From assembly GCF_964204645.1 (NCBI RefSeq), contig NC_134034.1, positions 2,666,072-2,730,071 of the forward strand: 64,000 nt of DNA. Direction: 5' to 3'. Source of the stretch: Tubulanus polymorphus. Lineage: Eukaryota; Animalia; Nemertea. Positions 63,328 to 64,000 of this stretch are shown here, in pieces. The translations under genes were made by a program, and so were the position numbers. Position 1 is the stretch's first letter, and each line of letters begins with the position of its first letter. The notes beneath the pieces are model-generated. The model was not told the DNA's origin. It saw only the letters and a list, made by a program, of their open reading frames with translations, and did no database searches.

Positions 63328-64000
63328 AAAAGAATTACTCTACTATTGACCAGTAATCAATAAAAAAGCTTATCCTTTATTACGTAACGCGTGCGTTTTA
63401 TCATTCAGTTTCTTAACTGGAATTTTCCAGTTTGTGTGTAAACTTTCGAAGTCCCGGTCTTCAATTTCTGAGACTTGAATGCTACTATGCAATTAAAGAT
63501 GCCTCCTTTGGGAAGTGAGGATCCACCAGGTTCGCTAGTAGTTAGACCATTTTCGGCGCTTCAGTTACTACTGTGGCAAGCGAGGATTCGTATCGCGCTC
63601 AAACGCTTTTTGGTGCCTCGATCCATTTCAAATTTTTCAATGAACCAAGAATTTAGACAGGTTCGAAATTAACGGAGGCAGAAGTGAAGCAAAACATTTG
63701 GCCCGAAGCCAACTAAGGGTTTTCGTTTGAAGTTCGAATGTTATACTTTCGATCGGAAATATTGGATTGACAAAAAAATGAAATCATGATTCATTTCCTT
63801 CACGTAACAGAGAACAAAATTAACGATTTTGTTTCTCTGCGATGATGCGAACTGCGACAAATACAACTCAGATTTTTAAAAAGACTAATTGTGACTCAGG
63901 GCACACAGGAAGACACACCCTAAATTATTTCCGGTGTTTATTGCCCATTATCCAATTGCGTCATACAAAATCATGCACAAAACATTCTCAAATTCTTATC

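Overview
AT-rich, repeat-dense animal (invertebrate) genomic DNA, not prokaryotic: GT-AG introns, a U1 snRNA gene, a tRNA-Arg(TCG) gene, LINE/SINE/MITE relics and satellites. Many CTCF-type motifs suggest a bilaterian. The main result is invisible in the ORF track because it is spliced: a three-exon gene at 3275-3871, with an identical CDS copy at 8750-9346. It encodes a 76-aa precursor, MKVLILIAAVALVIAGVAA-MDSSDELVHERAKR-ALCRCRDSGKSGTMFYILGCHKSGWHSCPATHPSSFGTCCYES, whose 43-aa mature part has the CxC..C..GWH.C..CC framework of sea-anemone defensin-fold neurotoxins. The gene sits in a recent ~5.3-5.5 kb head-to-tail duplication (411-5696 / 5697-11178), head-to-head with a probable diverged paralogue that leaves the window on the left, and a copy-number-variable 109-bp satellite lies between the two promoters. 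Also present: an intronless 753-aa ORF of unknown function (11351-13612, minus); five tandem minimal hammerhead-ribozyme units of 69 bp (16393-16725) plus dispersed Penelope-type hammerheads; a structurally intact U1 with altered protein-binding loops; and a 77-bp dispersed satellite carrying a CTCF-like core. From ~21.9 kb onward the sequence looks like one long intron or non-coding region after a probable non-coding first exon. All calls were made by eye; no database search was run, and repeat boundaries are approximate.
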